A stretch of 64,000 nucleotides of DNA from Balanoglossus misakiensis (Eukaryota; Animalia; Hemichordata), in assembly GCA_040954595.2 (NCBI GenBank), contig CM082580.2, positions 8,224,390 through 8,288,389 on the forward strand, written 5' to 3'. The stretch's first letter is position 1. The number at the start of each line of letters is the position of its first letter. The notes beneath the pieces are model-generated. The model was not told the origin of the DNA. It saw nothing but the letters and a program-made list of their open reading frames with translations, and made no database searches. Below, in pieces: positions 42,940 to 56,860 of this stretch. A program made the position numbers and the translations under genes.

Positions 42940-45900
42940 CTTTCGTCCTCCCGGCGTTGGATTTTCAACATCATGGGCCGACAGACTGAAAGAAGCCCTG
43001 CGTGGAAGGATCAATGGTTTCAATGGCAGACAATGACAAGACAACCAGCCATGCAGTGAAACTAAAAATTAAGACCGCTTTGACGTCAAAGCCCAAAGGC
43101 GGACTGGTAGGATTCAAGGAATTCAGACTTTGATTTGATTGTTTATACAGAGTGGCCAAAAGTATTTTAAATCATTTAATGAATTACCCGAAGTATACTT
43201 TATTCAAAGAACGAACGTTATCCCAAATCAATGGTTAATAATTGTTCCTTTCGATAATTTAACATTTATCGTTGAATTTACAAATTTCATTCCAAATTTC
43301 AAAAAGAACGAAAGACTACGAAGTCATCATTATAAGTAAGGAAAAACAAACAAGCAAACAAACAAACAGAGGCAGGTAGACTTAAAAAGAACACACATAT
43401 AAGCAGCATGATCGAAAAACTAGTATCAGAATTGTAAACCCAAAGGGACACGGCGCATCGATATATTTTTATACCACATACATGTATTTTATTGACTATA
43501 AAGTGATGTAATGCTTAACCGTTATTTTTGGATTTTTTTTATCGCTTCATCACGGACTTGAATGTAAATAATTAAATTAATCTACAATTTTTGATATCTC
43601 CTGTCTATCAATAGAGGGCGTTTTTCCTCACCGAATTACAAGAATTTTTCCAGCAGTCGGGAGTTTGAAATAAGCGGAGTGCCGTGGTGGTGGTATAAAA
43701 CAAAAGCATAAGGTATCCTGGTATGACCAACCTGGCGACCGTTTGCTGAAATTGCCCGGAGCTAATTTCCCACAACGGAAATAAACGTTTTCGCACACGT
43801 CTGCACACCATTTTGAAAATTGATTCTCGATTCTGTGGTGAATTTGGAGCAGAGTGGCGCCTCAATTGGAATCACTGAAGAATATCGTCCGTCATTAGCG
43901 GTAAGTGGAGTCAGCAATGAGATTTCCCCTTTGTTAGAAGACGCTCAGTTGTTTCCACGTCGATCGTGATATGCACGCGAAGAAATAAAGAGAACAGAAA
44001 CGCCTCATCAAACATAGCATTTTATAATGGTAGCTTGGTGCTGAGAATAATACTTCGGACTTCATTGCCAACTAGGATTGAGTACCAGCTATATTGGAAC
44101 TGCCCATTACAAAATTCGCAGGCCTTTTTATTTAGGTCTAAATCTTTGTTATTCAAATTAACACCTTTAACTTTTACATGGACTAAGGAAATTTCAAGAT
44201 TGCAAACTGTCAGAGTGCGCAATCTCGCTGAGATTGGTTGGTTCATTAGAACTCAAATATGATTGGTCGATTCTAAATCCTGATTTTGCATCAAGCTCGA
44301 TACATTTCAGCCAAGCTGTAGAAATCTATGTAAAGTCAGTCACGATATAAATGTACAGAAAATTGTTTCTAAGTTACTCGATGAAGTCATTCAATGATTC
44401 CTTGTCTGGTTGTCGTAGAAGTGCGTCTATTATAATGCCAAAGTAGGGAAGGTAAGTCAGCGTCACACGAATCCGGTTGATCCCTCCCCCACAGACCCGC
44501 CTGTAGGGCATATGCAGTAAAACATACTAGTCGCATCTCTTCGTATTTTTTTAAATACACCATGCATTACTTGAATGCTTAGCAGGGTGCAGTTGGGAAA
44601 GTGGTGTTCGCATATCCTTCCATTATGACCGTTTTCTTTTTCACATTCATGATCCATTTTGGATGCTGAGTTTGTTGAAGATTGCACGTCACGGCCGACA
44701 GTTCACAGAAATAGGTCAAATGTACGAGAAACGTGTCACAAACAAGGTTAATTGGTTGTTGTACTTCGCGGTAATCGTATATGCGCGTTTTATTGCTTGC
44801 TTGTTTGTTTGTTTTGCTTATTACCTTGCAGTCGTCGAAATCAATAGAAGTTCGACACTCAAGAACACGTTGCGTCGATTGATTGCTCTTACTATTACAT
44901 AATATTTAAATTCGATATGCAAAACATGCAGACGCCACGTGCCTTTAATTCTGACGAGTTTAATTAATTTAAATTTTAAATTCTAAGTTTTAAAGACTGT
45001 ATTACTGCCCAACACCAACCTATTTAAAATTAAAACGCCCATTAACGCATCGTGTACATACACGCCATATTCATATATTTTGTTGACGATACACGTCAAA
45101 TTTTCATTAAAATTGAAAACCCCCCTTTCGCTACGCTACCGCTCTGAGTTGCACAGGGGCTCGCTGCGCTTCAAGATAATATTGTTGCTGCATTTCCCGG
45201 AAGAAACCTGGAAATAACTATGTAGATTGAAACCTTCTAGGTTCAGAAGGAAAAAACAATTGACGTCAGTGAATTAAGAAAACGCCAATTGCATTTTCCA
45301 GACGCCGTCATCCGTTCGACCTTTAAAAGTCAAAGTCGAGACGTGTATTTTCCGCCGTGTGTGAAGACTCTGAAGTAACCTCTCTAATATGCTGAATAAA
45401 CTCGGTGATGTGACTTTTTAGCTCTTAATGATAAACGATTACACGGCACTTTTGTACGGCACCGTCGTCTGTATATTTATTGCGACGCGGGTCGAAGTGT
45501 CCGTCACGCGTAATTGGGGTAGCTACGCCAAATCATTGCAGTTAATTTCATTACCCAACACAGTGTCTCGTTTGAAGACAATTTATTTCTGAATTTCGAA
45601 TTACTTTCAAAAATTGATGTTTGCTCTTCGATTTCGGCTGGACAAGAGACAGCTGCCGTGATTGGAAATGCGTGTATTGGCGATTACGGTTAAATTGACT
45701 TAATCTGTCGAACGCCTCCGTAAAGCTTTAAATCTAATTTGTTTTGCGTAAGTTAGAAACCACTGGAGTTAAGTAGCGTCTGGCCCCTGGAGGTCAATTT
45801 AGGCCACGTGTTCTAACATTTCAGTTGCTTAGTTATCGCGTTTGTGTCCATTTCAAAACATTTCTTTCCCTAATTTGATTGGCAGTGTGCTTAATTGCGA

Positions 45901-46136
45901 TTGAGAAAAAAAAGTGTCAGGATTTGGTTGAAAGCGCTTGCGGGTACATCCGTATGAATTCACACGCACATGAAGGCAACGTTATGAGTAGCTGCCACGT
46001 CAATTGACGCGTTTATCATAGCATGCACGCGATCTGCACCCATCACATCTTGGGAAAACTATATTATAGAACATGGTTGTCTTTGATTACGGTTTGTGAT
46101 TTCCTGCACATCAGAGTAAACCTTTGGCGTGGAGTA

Positions 46137-46687
46137 ATGACCTATATAGGTTTCGCTTTGTCGGCAACATCACCAAAATGCCTCAGTGTTCATCCCACAG
46201 ACGAACGTCCACAGAGGTAGACTTCTGGATTGCTGTATTAGAGATGTGAAATTTGCTGATCGGCGTTCTTCATTATTAACTATGACATTAATGAACTGAT
46301 TAAAGCTGGATTGATTTCCTCTCAAAATTGCAAATTTCTCGAACCTGTTAATATTCACAGGCGATACTGTATTTGCAATGGTTTGGATTCCTTGAAAACA
46401 CAGCGCTGTTGCTTCTTAGAAGTCACACGTACAACTACCCCATTGGCCACAGGAGTAAATAATGCATTGTTGTGCTTCGATCCCCAGGTTACAATATCGT
46501 AAAATGTATCCACCGCGCGCCATATTTGCATCGCCAGCGGACAATTTTTGTAACGAGCTTTATAAAAACAATTACTGAGAATATGCTCCATGCGGCATAC
46601 TTGCAAGTGGAAGAAGATGGAACCGGACAAGTTAATTGGCTCCACAAAATGAAATTTGTCAGCGATTGTTCGTGTGTCAGTATCTAA
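46137..46687 (+). pseudogene. Possible decayed cystine-knot (Spaetzle/neurotrophin-like) secreted protein gene
   Basis: Putative exons 46137-46216 and 46361-46687 join in phase 2. Fragments across frames read RCC..P...PQVTI / IVKC...C...C..Y / MKFVSDCSCVSI*. Frameshifts are required. Confidence 0.25.
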
Positions 46688-49600
46688 GAATGAACGTTTG
46701 CAGGCACGGAATTGTCCACGTATAAAAGGCGGTGGGTTTAATGTCAATCAAATCTTAAGTCCAAAATTGTCTCTGCGATTTCTTCTCCGATTCAATACAA
46801 TGCACTAAAATGGCCGGATGGGATAAAAAAAATCGCCGAAAAATGTAACACGTTGCCATGACGACACCCAAAAGAGAATGCCTCGTCAGATCTCATCAAA
46901 ACATGCAAGACTTAAAGCAAAAAAAGTGGAATTGCCCAGAAGGCCAAAAACACGTGCGTTTCGAACTGAATAAGCTCCGTAAAATTGGAGGAGACATTTC
47001 CGACACATTATAGAAATCTACGTCGTTCTTGTCTCTTATCCATATAAAGACCCCTTGATTAAAACCCTGTCCCAAACGTACAAGGCCGTGTTCGGATTCG
47101 CGTTCTGTTTTTTTTCTTGCGTCCCGCAAGCTCGGTTGTGTTTTAAACAAGGATCGGTTTTTGTGAATTTCTTTCGTCCACCAGGTAAGCCACAAGGCAT
47201 CCAATCCAGGGCGATTTCTCAAATGAAGGAGTTTTGGCGATATCAGAAAAAAAGATTTGTCGCCATGACAACCTTAGCGAGATAAGCATTGACGGTTCAA
47301 ACATCAGGTTACCATAACATATCATATTATTATTGCATAAGCGTTTATGTACAAGCTATATTACATTATTGATGACGGCAATTTTTTACCACTGGTTATA
47401 TGCAAATTAGATAAATACATGTATAATCAATGTCGAAAACAAACGTGTTCAAAAACAAATCTTCAAACTATTGTTCTGTTTTATACGGCATATTTAATAC
47501 AATATATTTTACACCTGATTGTCCACGACTTCGAAAATAATGGCGGCGGGGCAAATTTGATATTCTTATAAATATCGTGCATTCACGAACACAGACATAC
47601 AGACATTGATATTACATTAGCACAGGTGTGCTAAAACGTGATCTAAAAGGTCGAGAGGCATTCGATCTTTACGTTGACAGGCAATGTTTGGATGTTTACC
47701 TTGGAGAACAAAATAGCTGCGGAGAATCTATGGAAATATCATCTCTTTATGCAACTTTAATCTTATCGCACGCTTTGGGGGCGCCGTGTGAAGTCTCAAA
47801 AGATGTCAATTATGCATGGGACCGTAGCTTATTGCGACCCCGCTTCACAATCGGAACAAGGCGCCCGACACGTAGACCCCCGTTCTTCAAGTACTTTTTC
47901 CGAGAATGCAACCTACATATTGCAGTCCCCTTTTAGTTGTACGCCATACAGGGCACATTCAAAATCGAATATCAATAATGTACTGCTGTTACCTATAATC
48001 TGCCGCGCTGAATACATGACTGCACTTTAGTTTGCTATGCGTATTCGTATGACAAACTACATGCAAGTGTACTCGGTCAGCGGTATAGTTTTTTTTCACG
48101 TTTAGTTTCCATGCACATCATTTTGCATAGGGTCGGAGTCGTAAAAAGAAAACAGCTCCGGGTAACCATTCCTAATTAATCTTCGCCATGTTGTGATTGG
48201 GTCTCATCGAGTATGCCAAATGGGCCGAGCAGTCGTTAGCTCTTGTACAACAGCGCGCATGTTTCATAATCGTAATAAAGTAAATGTTTAACTTTAAACG
48301 TAAATATTGTAGACGACAAGTCTAATGACACCAACCTTCGCTGTCTGCAAGTTCCTAACGGAATGACATTTGTATACAGTATCGTTTTAGTATTCTTCAA
48401 TCACAAATCCAGATTCGTTTTCGCTTCAAGAAAACCATTTCTATATTCTTTCATACTTCCCCGCGGGTATATTGAAAACTCTTTGTAAGCAGACGACCAA
48501 AGGCAGAAAACAACCTCCAAACGAGAAAAAAAAAGAATATTGCTTTTGGTCGCACAGTGTGATATCGGGTATCCCTATATGAAAGATTTTTGCCAAAGGC
48601 GATGGATAATGTTTTCCTCGGAAGCATGCACATAATCTCAAATACCACGCAAAAGGTTCAAGTCACTTTCACATTATATGGTTTTGTTTAATATAACTTG
48701 AGCAATAAAATAAATCATCAAAATAGTCATACTGGACAATCATTACGTTATAAGAGATTTATGGATAAAATCGCCGAGTAACAAACAACACGTTTTAGCA
48801 TAAAAACAACGCAATGGAAGATCAAACGCAAAAGAAATACGTATATATATAGATCCACTGTTGTCGCTGTAACATTTAATACTGTCGCGTTTGTACGTAC
48901 ACAGCTTTCCCCTCCATATCGCTCAAATCAAAGTGTAATTTAAAAGCAATTTAGGGTCCACAGAAACGAAATGCGTTCTGATTAAACGGCGCGTTTTAAA
49001 AGGCCAATAAAATGTTAATAAAATAAACCCCTATTTTCGGGAGATTAAAAACCAAACGCGTCCTTGCATCGACTTACTGCGCCCGTGCTGAACGACAGTA
49101 CGGTAAACAGGATAAAAGTGAAACCACGGAAACCTTATTTCAAGGTCGTAGTCAATGTCAAATTGCGGTTGCCATATGTCTTCTCGGCTTACCAGAATAC
49201 TTTTGCGAACTTAGAAGGTTTGAAACCTGACTTTCGGATATTGATATATTAATAAAGTAGGACGCTTGGAAAACGAAGGTGTTCTCCACTTCGTTTGGTT
49301 TTCGTATTAAACACCCTTTAGAGATTGTAAACTAAACACGTTTTAATATATGGTGCATTATAGGCCCGGATACCCATACGAACTGCATGTCAGTAGAAAG
49401 GTATAGTGACGACAACTGCCTTTCAGGGCATCGGCCAATTAATATGGGGGGGGGGGGTAACATCCTCAACCGTTGAACAAAACAAAACTATTAAAGACTG
49501 GGGTTCGGCATTTAAGGGGGTAATAGGAGGTATGTTTACTTGATCAAATAACATGCTCTTGTCAGAAAAGCGACAGTTGAGTCCCCTATCAGCTAACGTT

Positions 49601-50494
49601 CATGCTGTTTCTAATGTGCATGTACAGATAACCGTGCGGGTGACTTCTGGGAATCGTGTGTAGATTACCCATTCACGTTTCTAACAAGAGTTCAACAAGG
49701 CAGCTTCTTCTGAAATTCGTCTGATGGGTCTGGGCTGGAGTGGTTACCTCACATTGCTGTACACAACCGATTAAGGCCTAGGCCAATCTTCCTTACTTAC
49801 TCTGACGCACAAGATACATCCTCAATTAGCAGTAAGACATACAATCAATTATTGGCAAGTCGCTTGACGTTGATTCTTGATGGGCGTCGTTCAGGACTTT
49901 ACATTTAGATTGATTGTTTGATCAGGCGTGGATAATACGTATGTTGACTTTTCAGACGAAGTTGAAATTAAACTGACTGGAGAAGAGTACATGCATTTTT
50001 CATTGAATGCGAACAGAGTTGCCGTGTGTATCGTTTATATCTGTCCCGCGGCCATCTATGAGTTGTTAAGTGGCACGGCCGTCCCTCGGTTATAATTGCG
50101 ACCGCAAGTCCCCGCCGTGCAACGAGCACGCAGAACTGGCTTCACGGGAGCTCCCTGTAGCCCTCGCAGGTAGAGCACAGCACGTCGCGGCGGCGTGCGC
50201 AAGCAAAACCCGATTTGCATATTCAACACCCACTGATCACAACGTCTATAAAAAAGCATGGGAATGAATTTTGGAACGTTTCCATCTGAAAGTAGGACCG
50301 TTAAGTCATCGTCGACCATCAATCAAATCGGGAAATCCACCATCAGACGTTACATAAAAGTGGTACAAATGAGCCAATACGAGCTGCCTTTGGCAGGAAA
50401 CACTACAGATCACAGTGGGTATATATAACTCAAAGGGTATATCACTATCCCTGTGCGCTGTTTTCATGGATAGTAATTGTTTTCCATCGTAGCA

Positions 50495-50618
50495 CAAAAC
50501 AAGTGACCCTTCCCCTGCTTCATGCATGAAATGAACTAGCCCTCCCCAAAGTCCTGCATGAAAAATGGCGACCCTTCCCCAACTGCACCCCCGCACATTA
50601 ATACTGTCCAGACCCTTA
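50495..50618. repeat. Dispersed repeat terminus related to ~62859-62975
   Basis: The reverse complement of attaatactgtccagaccctta (~50597-50618) matches taagggtctggacagaattaa at 62859; both regions also contain aaaaca(a)gtgacc.tcccc. Confidence 0.45.
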
Positions 50619-53295
50619 CGCGTTATAACTTTTCAGACGATAAGAACGACAAGGACAAAACAAAGAGCCACAAATCTTGATTTTTATATAGTAAGCGTCT
50701 TTAAACTGGCAAAATTCTAAAATGTAACGAACCAACTTATTTCCGATCACTCAAACTATTTTACCCCGAAGGCGCGCAACGTTCACGGTTAGAGCGATTG
50801 CCCAGGAGTCAATGACCCCTTGGGAGCCAAAAGGCGTAGCATAAGATTCAATAACAAGATGTTTTTGTTCAAAAATGTATTAACAGCAGGAAATTAAAAG
50901 ATTAAGATCAGCGTGGAAAATTTCACACATTCCATCAGCCCGTCACCTTTGTGTCGGAGTTCTTCATAAATAAAGCAGGCGTGCATGTACGTATGACGCA
51001 GCCGATGCTAGAAATATCCTCATTTCATGTGCTTGCCATTGCGGACGGCGTTGTCAGTCTTCTATTCCCATTAGCCTGTAGGTATCACTGTAAAATCTTG
51101 AGCGGTTTTACCGACAAACTCGCAATGTTTACAGGGCCAGACAATAATTAACAAACGCCCTCCGTAATTACAGATTATTGATCACGACTGATGGCTATGA
51201 TGTTGTCAATCAGTCAGTCAGACAGTAAACCAACTAACCAACCAAGGATACAACTAACATGTAGTTCAATAAGTAATCATCTGTCATCATCATCTATTAC
51301 TATTACCACCACCACCACCACCATCATTATTATAATCTGACATCAACAGACTAATAGGGGCAATGTTACTGATTTAGTCTTTCTTGTATTCTCCCTTGTC
51401 AACCACTCTTTACAAATTGCCCAATTAATGTAAACATCAAGTCCCATGTCCTAGACATTGCTTATATTTAGTCTCATTTTGATAAGCGTAAGACAGTATA
51501 TGTTTTGTGGCAAACCCCTTTGGGTTTCTGTGTGTAATTGCCGCGAACAATAATTATTTTTCAGGCAATTACGCGTCATTAGGTAGCGCACGATAACAAT
51601 ATTTTCTTTTTCCATACTGCAGTGGAGGTACTAAATAACTAACATGTGTGCATGTTTTAGAAATTATTTCACTTTCGCATTAATGTAAGACGATTACACA
51701 GTTTACTTTCATTCGCAGCCTTGAAGAAGTACAGCACTATGTGTTAGAATCTAAAAATATGTTTATTACTGAACTGAAACGTAACCCTGGTCTTTGCAAA
51801 ATAAGGCGATGTCGCTGAATCCAACGGATTATCAAAGACATTTGATATGGTATTATAATAGATATGACGTGTACACTAACAAGCGAACTGACTATAAGCA
51901 AGGTCTGTTTTTGTCCGACATTTGACATTAATAAAGTGATACACTCACAATAACATCCCCACACACGGATAGAAGACAAAGGCACACAGAAAATTTGTGC
52001 GCAATTAACGGGTATCAAGAACCATCAGTGCCCTTTCCAGCGCCTTGGTCGACATTTGTAAAAAAGAAGCAAATTAATTGCTGTTCACGAAATCACATTG
52101 ATGTATTACAATACACTTTCTGTACAATTACACAGCGTCTTCTGTCTATAGTGCGTGTGTCTCTGCCGCCATATGTGTCCTCCCGCTCTGACAAAGATGG
52201 CGTGAAGTTAAAAGACAAGAACAAAATATGGGTGAATCTTTGAAGCACACACACACACACACACACATGACTCAAAAGTTCGGCCCCGTTTATTGGCTAC
52301 CGTAGCGTTAGGACTAAAGGATTATTGACGATATTAATACATTTGACATGAACATATACACTGCGCAGTGTATATGAATTTTGCCCACATTGTGCAAACT
52401 CATTTAATCCGTCAAATACCATTCGTGCGAAGCCAAATGCACGCTTTGGATGGATGGGGATGGCAAATGCCAGATGGTTTGATTAAATGAGATTTAATGA
52501 GACAGTTTTAATGCATTCTGCAGAGAAGGTATGAACTTTTGTTTACATCGCCATAAGTGTGCTGGCAGCACGTGTTGCGTTGGCAGAACACCTGTGGGCA
52601 AAAGGAGCTGCAATTTTCTTTTGTATTGGCGTGTTTGCCACACTCAGTCTCTTTTATCGCAAATGGCATGACTGTGTTCACTCCCGTACCGATGGGCCAA
52701 AGAGCTTTTTATCGGCGGATGATGCACGTCGCAACCCACCGAGTATAATAACCACGAAATTGCTTTCTCTCTCTCTCTTTGTACCCCTCTCCCTAAGTGA
52801 GTTTCGGATTTCACGCTGCCATATGAAGAATATCACGTTGCTTCTAAATACATTTACTTTTGGCGAGAGAGAAAGGAAATCCATACACGTCAGTGCTTAG
52901 TGTTAATGTTCAACGACGTTGGCATGAAGAGCCATTAAAGTCCGTTCTCGCTTCTAAACCAAGTTTTAATCATGTATGAGGGAAGTAACAAAATTAATAT
53001 TCTTTTACACAATTGAATTTGTTCACAACATATCTCTTCTGATGCTGCGTACTAAAGGTTTGGAAGTACGTAAGTTGCAAGTGAGCATTGATTCCCGAAG
53101 GCATGGAGTAACTGATCTGACTAGTGCTGCTTGAATTTAATCAACGTATAAGTGATGTCTAAAGTCAATATTAGCGTTATACGCCACTGTTTTTGACTGG
53201 GAAATTATTAAATGGGGTTTCACAATGCTGTAAAAGCTCCCTAATGGCCACACATTCCCACTTCGTGATAAGCATACACAAATGTATGTGGCAGG

Positions 53296-53545
53296 GTATG
53301 TATGTATGTATGTATGTATGTATGTATGTATGTATGTATGTATGTATGTATGCATGTATGTATGTATGTATGTATGTATGTATGTATGTATGTATGTATG
53401 TATGTATGTATGTATGTATGTATGTATGTATGTATGTATGTATGTATGTATGTATGTATGTATGTATGTATGTATGTATGTATGTATGTCTGTATGTCTG
53501 TATGTATGTATGTATGTATGTATGTATGTATGTATGTATGTATGT
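53296..53545. repeat. (TATG)n microsatellite
   Basis: Direct inspection. Confidence 0.97.
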
Positions 53546-54100
53546 GTCCATTTACATGTATTACTGTGTGTCTGGCTTGTTGTTATACGCTAGTCAATTT
53601 GTGTGTATTCACATGCCGTCGACTAAATGCACCTTTAACCGTATAAGTGGCTTTATGCGTCATGTCTGTCAGTAACAAAGCAGCTCTAAAGTAAAGGGCG
53701 AATTTACAGCTGACGTTAATGTTTTGTGGTTCTGATATAGAACATTTTAAATCAGTGTACATTGTCGTCGTTACAAAGCGACGGCACCCGGTGGACGCTT
53801 ATCATGCAGTAGTAAGTGTCACATTAAAACGAGGCCGTTGAAGTTCATTGAGCTCGACTGTCGAATAAGAGAATGGTTTATTCTTGTTGATGTTTGAAGG
53901 AGTTAGATATTGAATAGGTTCATGAAATTCAGCTCCCTAATTTGGCCTGTCATCTGGTCGTTAGAGCACATGAGCACATTCTGTGGATGCTTTAGTATTT
54001 TGTTATGAAGAATGAGCTGTATGCTAATTGCTACGGGAGACGCTACCGCATATCTTGCTGAAGTATAAACTGTTTCGAACGTGGACGTAAATATAATTAT

Positions 54101-54162
<62 letters not shown>
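54101..54162. repeat. (ATG)n microsatellite
   Basis: Direct inspection. Confidence 0.95.
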
Positions 54163-54164
<2 letters not shown>

Positions 54165-56819
54165 GAGATACTTCTGGCGATTTCTATTACACTCTATTAC
54201 TCTTATTTATCTTCATTTGCGGTTGCTAAGCACGATGACACCTTGGTAACTTGGTGGAAAGGTATGCAATCCGTTAGACTGGCTGTCGTCAACACATCAG
54301 TCGAACACTGATGCCTAGAAGGATGAATGGCGTAACCGCGGTCTAATTATGAACTCTGAGTTTTTGTCGTTCATAGAAACGTGACGTTTAGGTATAGGTC
54401 TGGCCAAGCTCCTGTATACCGTTTGCCCGTGCGCGCCGGCCACCAACAAAATGGCCGCCATCTATGTCTCGACGGCGTTGCAGATATTTGATACAAAATG
54501 GCATCCAACTGGAAGATGAGTTCATAAAATCTGAAGTGAATCTCATCTTTGTTCTTCGATATGCTTTTCATTTTGTCTCCGCAGTACAGATTCCGTGATA
54601 GACACGTACAGGTATAAAGAAGAACAAAAAACAATCTTTGTTTCACAGATGAACAATTCCTGGGAAAACAATACACTATTTACAGTTAAATTCAAATTTT
54701 TGTTATGAGGCTGAACTCGATTACCTTTTCTCCGTCTCGTTCTCATTCCAACTTGTTATAATTTTTCTTTCCTTAAATATGAGATTTACTTATATTATGT
54801 ATGAATATTTATATATGAATAAGACAGTGCTGCATGAACAAGAACGCAATGGTCTTTTCCGAACAAATTGCCGACCATTGTTAAAGAGAAAAAGATTTCC
54901 GTTTTTTTTTCTGTCCCGTCTCTTATTTGTCTAATTGTTTCCTGTGTTCGAGATGCCAAGACAGAAAAGCGTGATTAGGGAAATAAAAAATGGATTTAGT
55001 CGTGATATTCACCGGAAGCACTTTGCAGCTAGGGTTACTTTGTGTTTCCCTCTTCTCCGTTATAATTCTGTTAAGTGGCTGGTTACGTGGTAAGCGTGTC
55101 TCTCATACCCACACTAATTTTTATCGAACTCGTTACTGAAATAATTTGACTCGACTTTAAATTACGGATACTGAGCTTATAATATCACACCGGCGGTATA
55201 ACATAAAGTAATCTTTGACGTGACCGGTAAGAATTTTACTAGAAATGTTAAACCAAATTCAATTTCCTGATCAAAAGTCACGTGAATTGTGTTCACAGGT
55301 GTTACATCTGTGATCCCACTGTCATCATTCCTCATTGATAGAACTTGATCTACCGAAGCTGTACATTAGCCTTCAACGAATAAGGTATCATCTCAAAGGG
55401 AAAAGGCTACTCATATCACTGATAACGTATCGGATAACGCGATACAAAGAGTCATTGGTCAGTACAGTCAACTCCAGGGTTACACGCATGCATGCATGAT
55501 CTTCTCAGTAAGACATGCGCGGTCCACCCCCGCCATCATCCCTGAAATGTCTCCAAGCAACACACGCACTTGCCTATTTCGCACTGCAGAACACAAATGG
55601 CAACGAGTTCCCTGCCAGCGGGGTTCAGAGCAACCCCACCCCAACCAGCGGTCATGTCTGTCTTTAATATACATAAACACTTCATCTCACTGCCATATGG
55701 CGTTTTTTGGTGATCTCAATTCTATCAACCTTTCCGTGCTTCAGATAACACAATTCGTACTCAGTCCTTGTTTTGAAACACTTGGCAGCCAACACTGAGG
55801 ATAAACCGCAATGCGTTCATTTACATGACCCAGTTTCAGACAAAAAATAGCACACTTCTCCCATCATTTGAACGAGACGAGAAGGACACGGGATATTAGC
55901 GTACCTGGGTATACTCACGGATGGATGGAGATAATAGCCGTTTGGCTTCTGGTGTCCATGGTAACAGAAACCAAACGACAGGCCCGTGGGGGAAAAAAGA
56001 AAACTGTAACCACTTGAACCGTAAATTTCTGGGCTAGCACTGCTCAAAGAGAGTTTCGTGAGGAGTGAAATTGTCCTACTTTTAACATCATCTGCGTAAA
56101 AGGAATATTATTCCGAGAATAGACAAATAGAAGAAGCTCGAAGTGCTTTTCTGTTATCGTGATTCATTGACGCACATAAAAAGGGGATTTGAGTTAGACG
56201 AAATCGCAGTGGTAAAGGAATATACCCAAGTATAATCAAGAGAATATTATGTTTTCCATCAAAAGCAAGTAAAGATTCATTCGTGACTTTTGAAAGACAG
56301 TATTACATTGTGGTACTTGTCGCGGCTTGTAAGCTGATTGGAATGGCTCGTTCAGTGAGTTTGTACAGCCATTCGGTTGGTTAGCCCAGTACCAACAAAT
56401 GCGCGCACTAGCCTTTACCAGAACGACGAATTTGATTGCGTAACTGTCGTCTGGCACATCGCCCATGTATGATACACACAGCGTCATTGGATAACATTTG
56501 GCGCACGTTAGAGAAGGAACGTTTATCATCCAATCAGTGCTGAGACTCGTGTAACGCAAGAGTGTGGGGTCGATTCATCCCGCAGTATCGACCCAACACA
56601 TCCCAGCGGCCAGAGGTGTGAGAAAATAATTTAACACAAGCAGAAGTATATGTAAGGGTTGTGAAGAATGTCATAATGATAACAGTCTTCAGTGACATAT
56701 TATAATTATGATAATTTGATTGCCTATGCTGCATTTCAGATCTACATTCAATGGTGTAAAAATAGCGTACCACTAACAATCAAGCAGGGAGAAAATTTAC
56801 ATGGTCACCTGTGCAAAGA

Positions 56820-56860
56820 CAAACAAAACAAAACAAAACAAAACAAAACAAAACAAAACA
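56820..56860. repeat. (AAAAC)n microsatellite
   Basis: Direct inspection. Confidence 0.9.
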
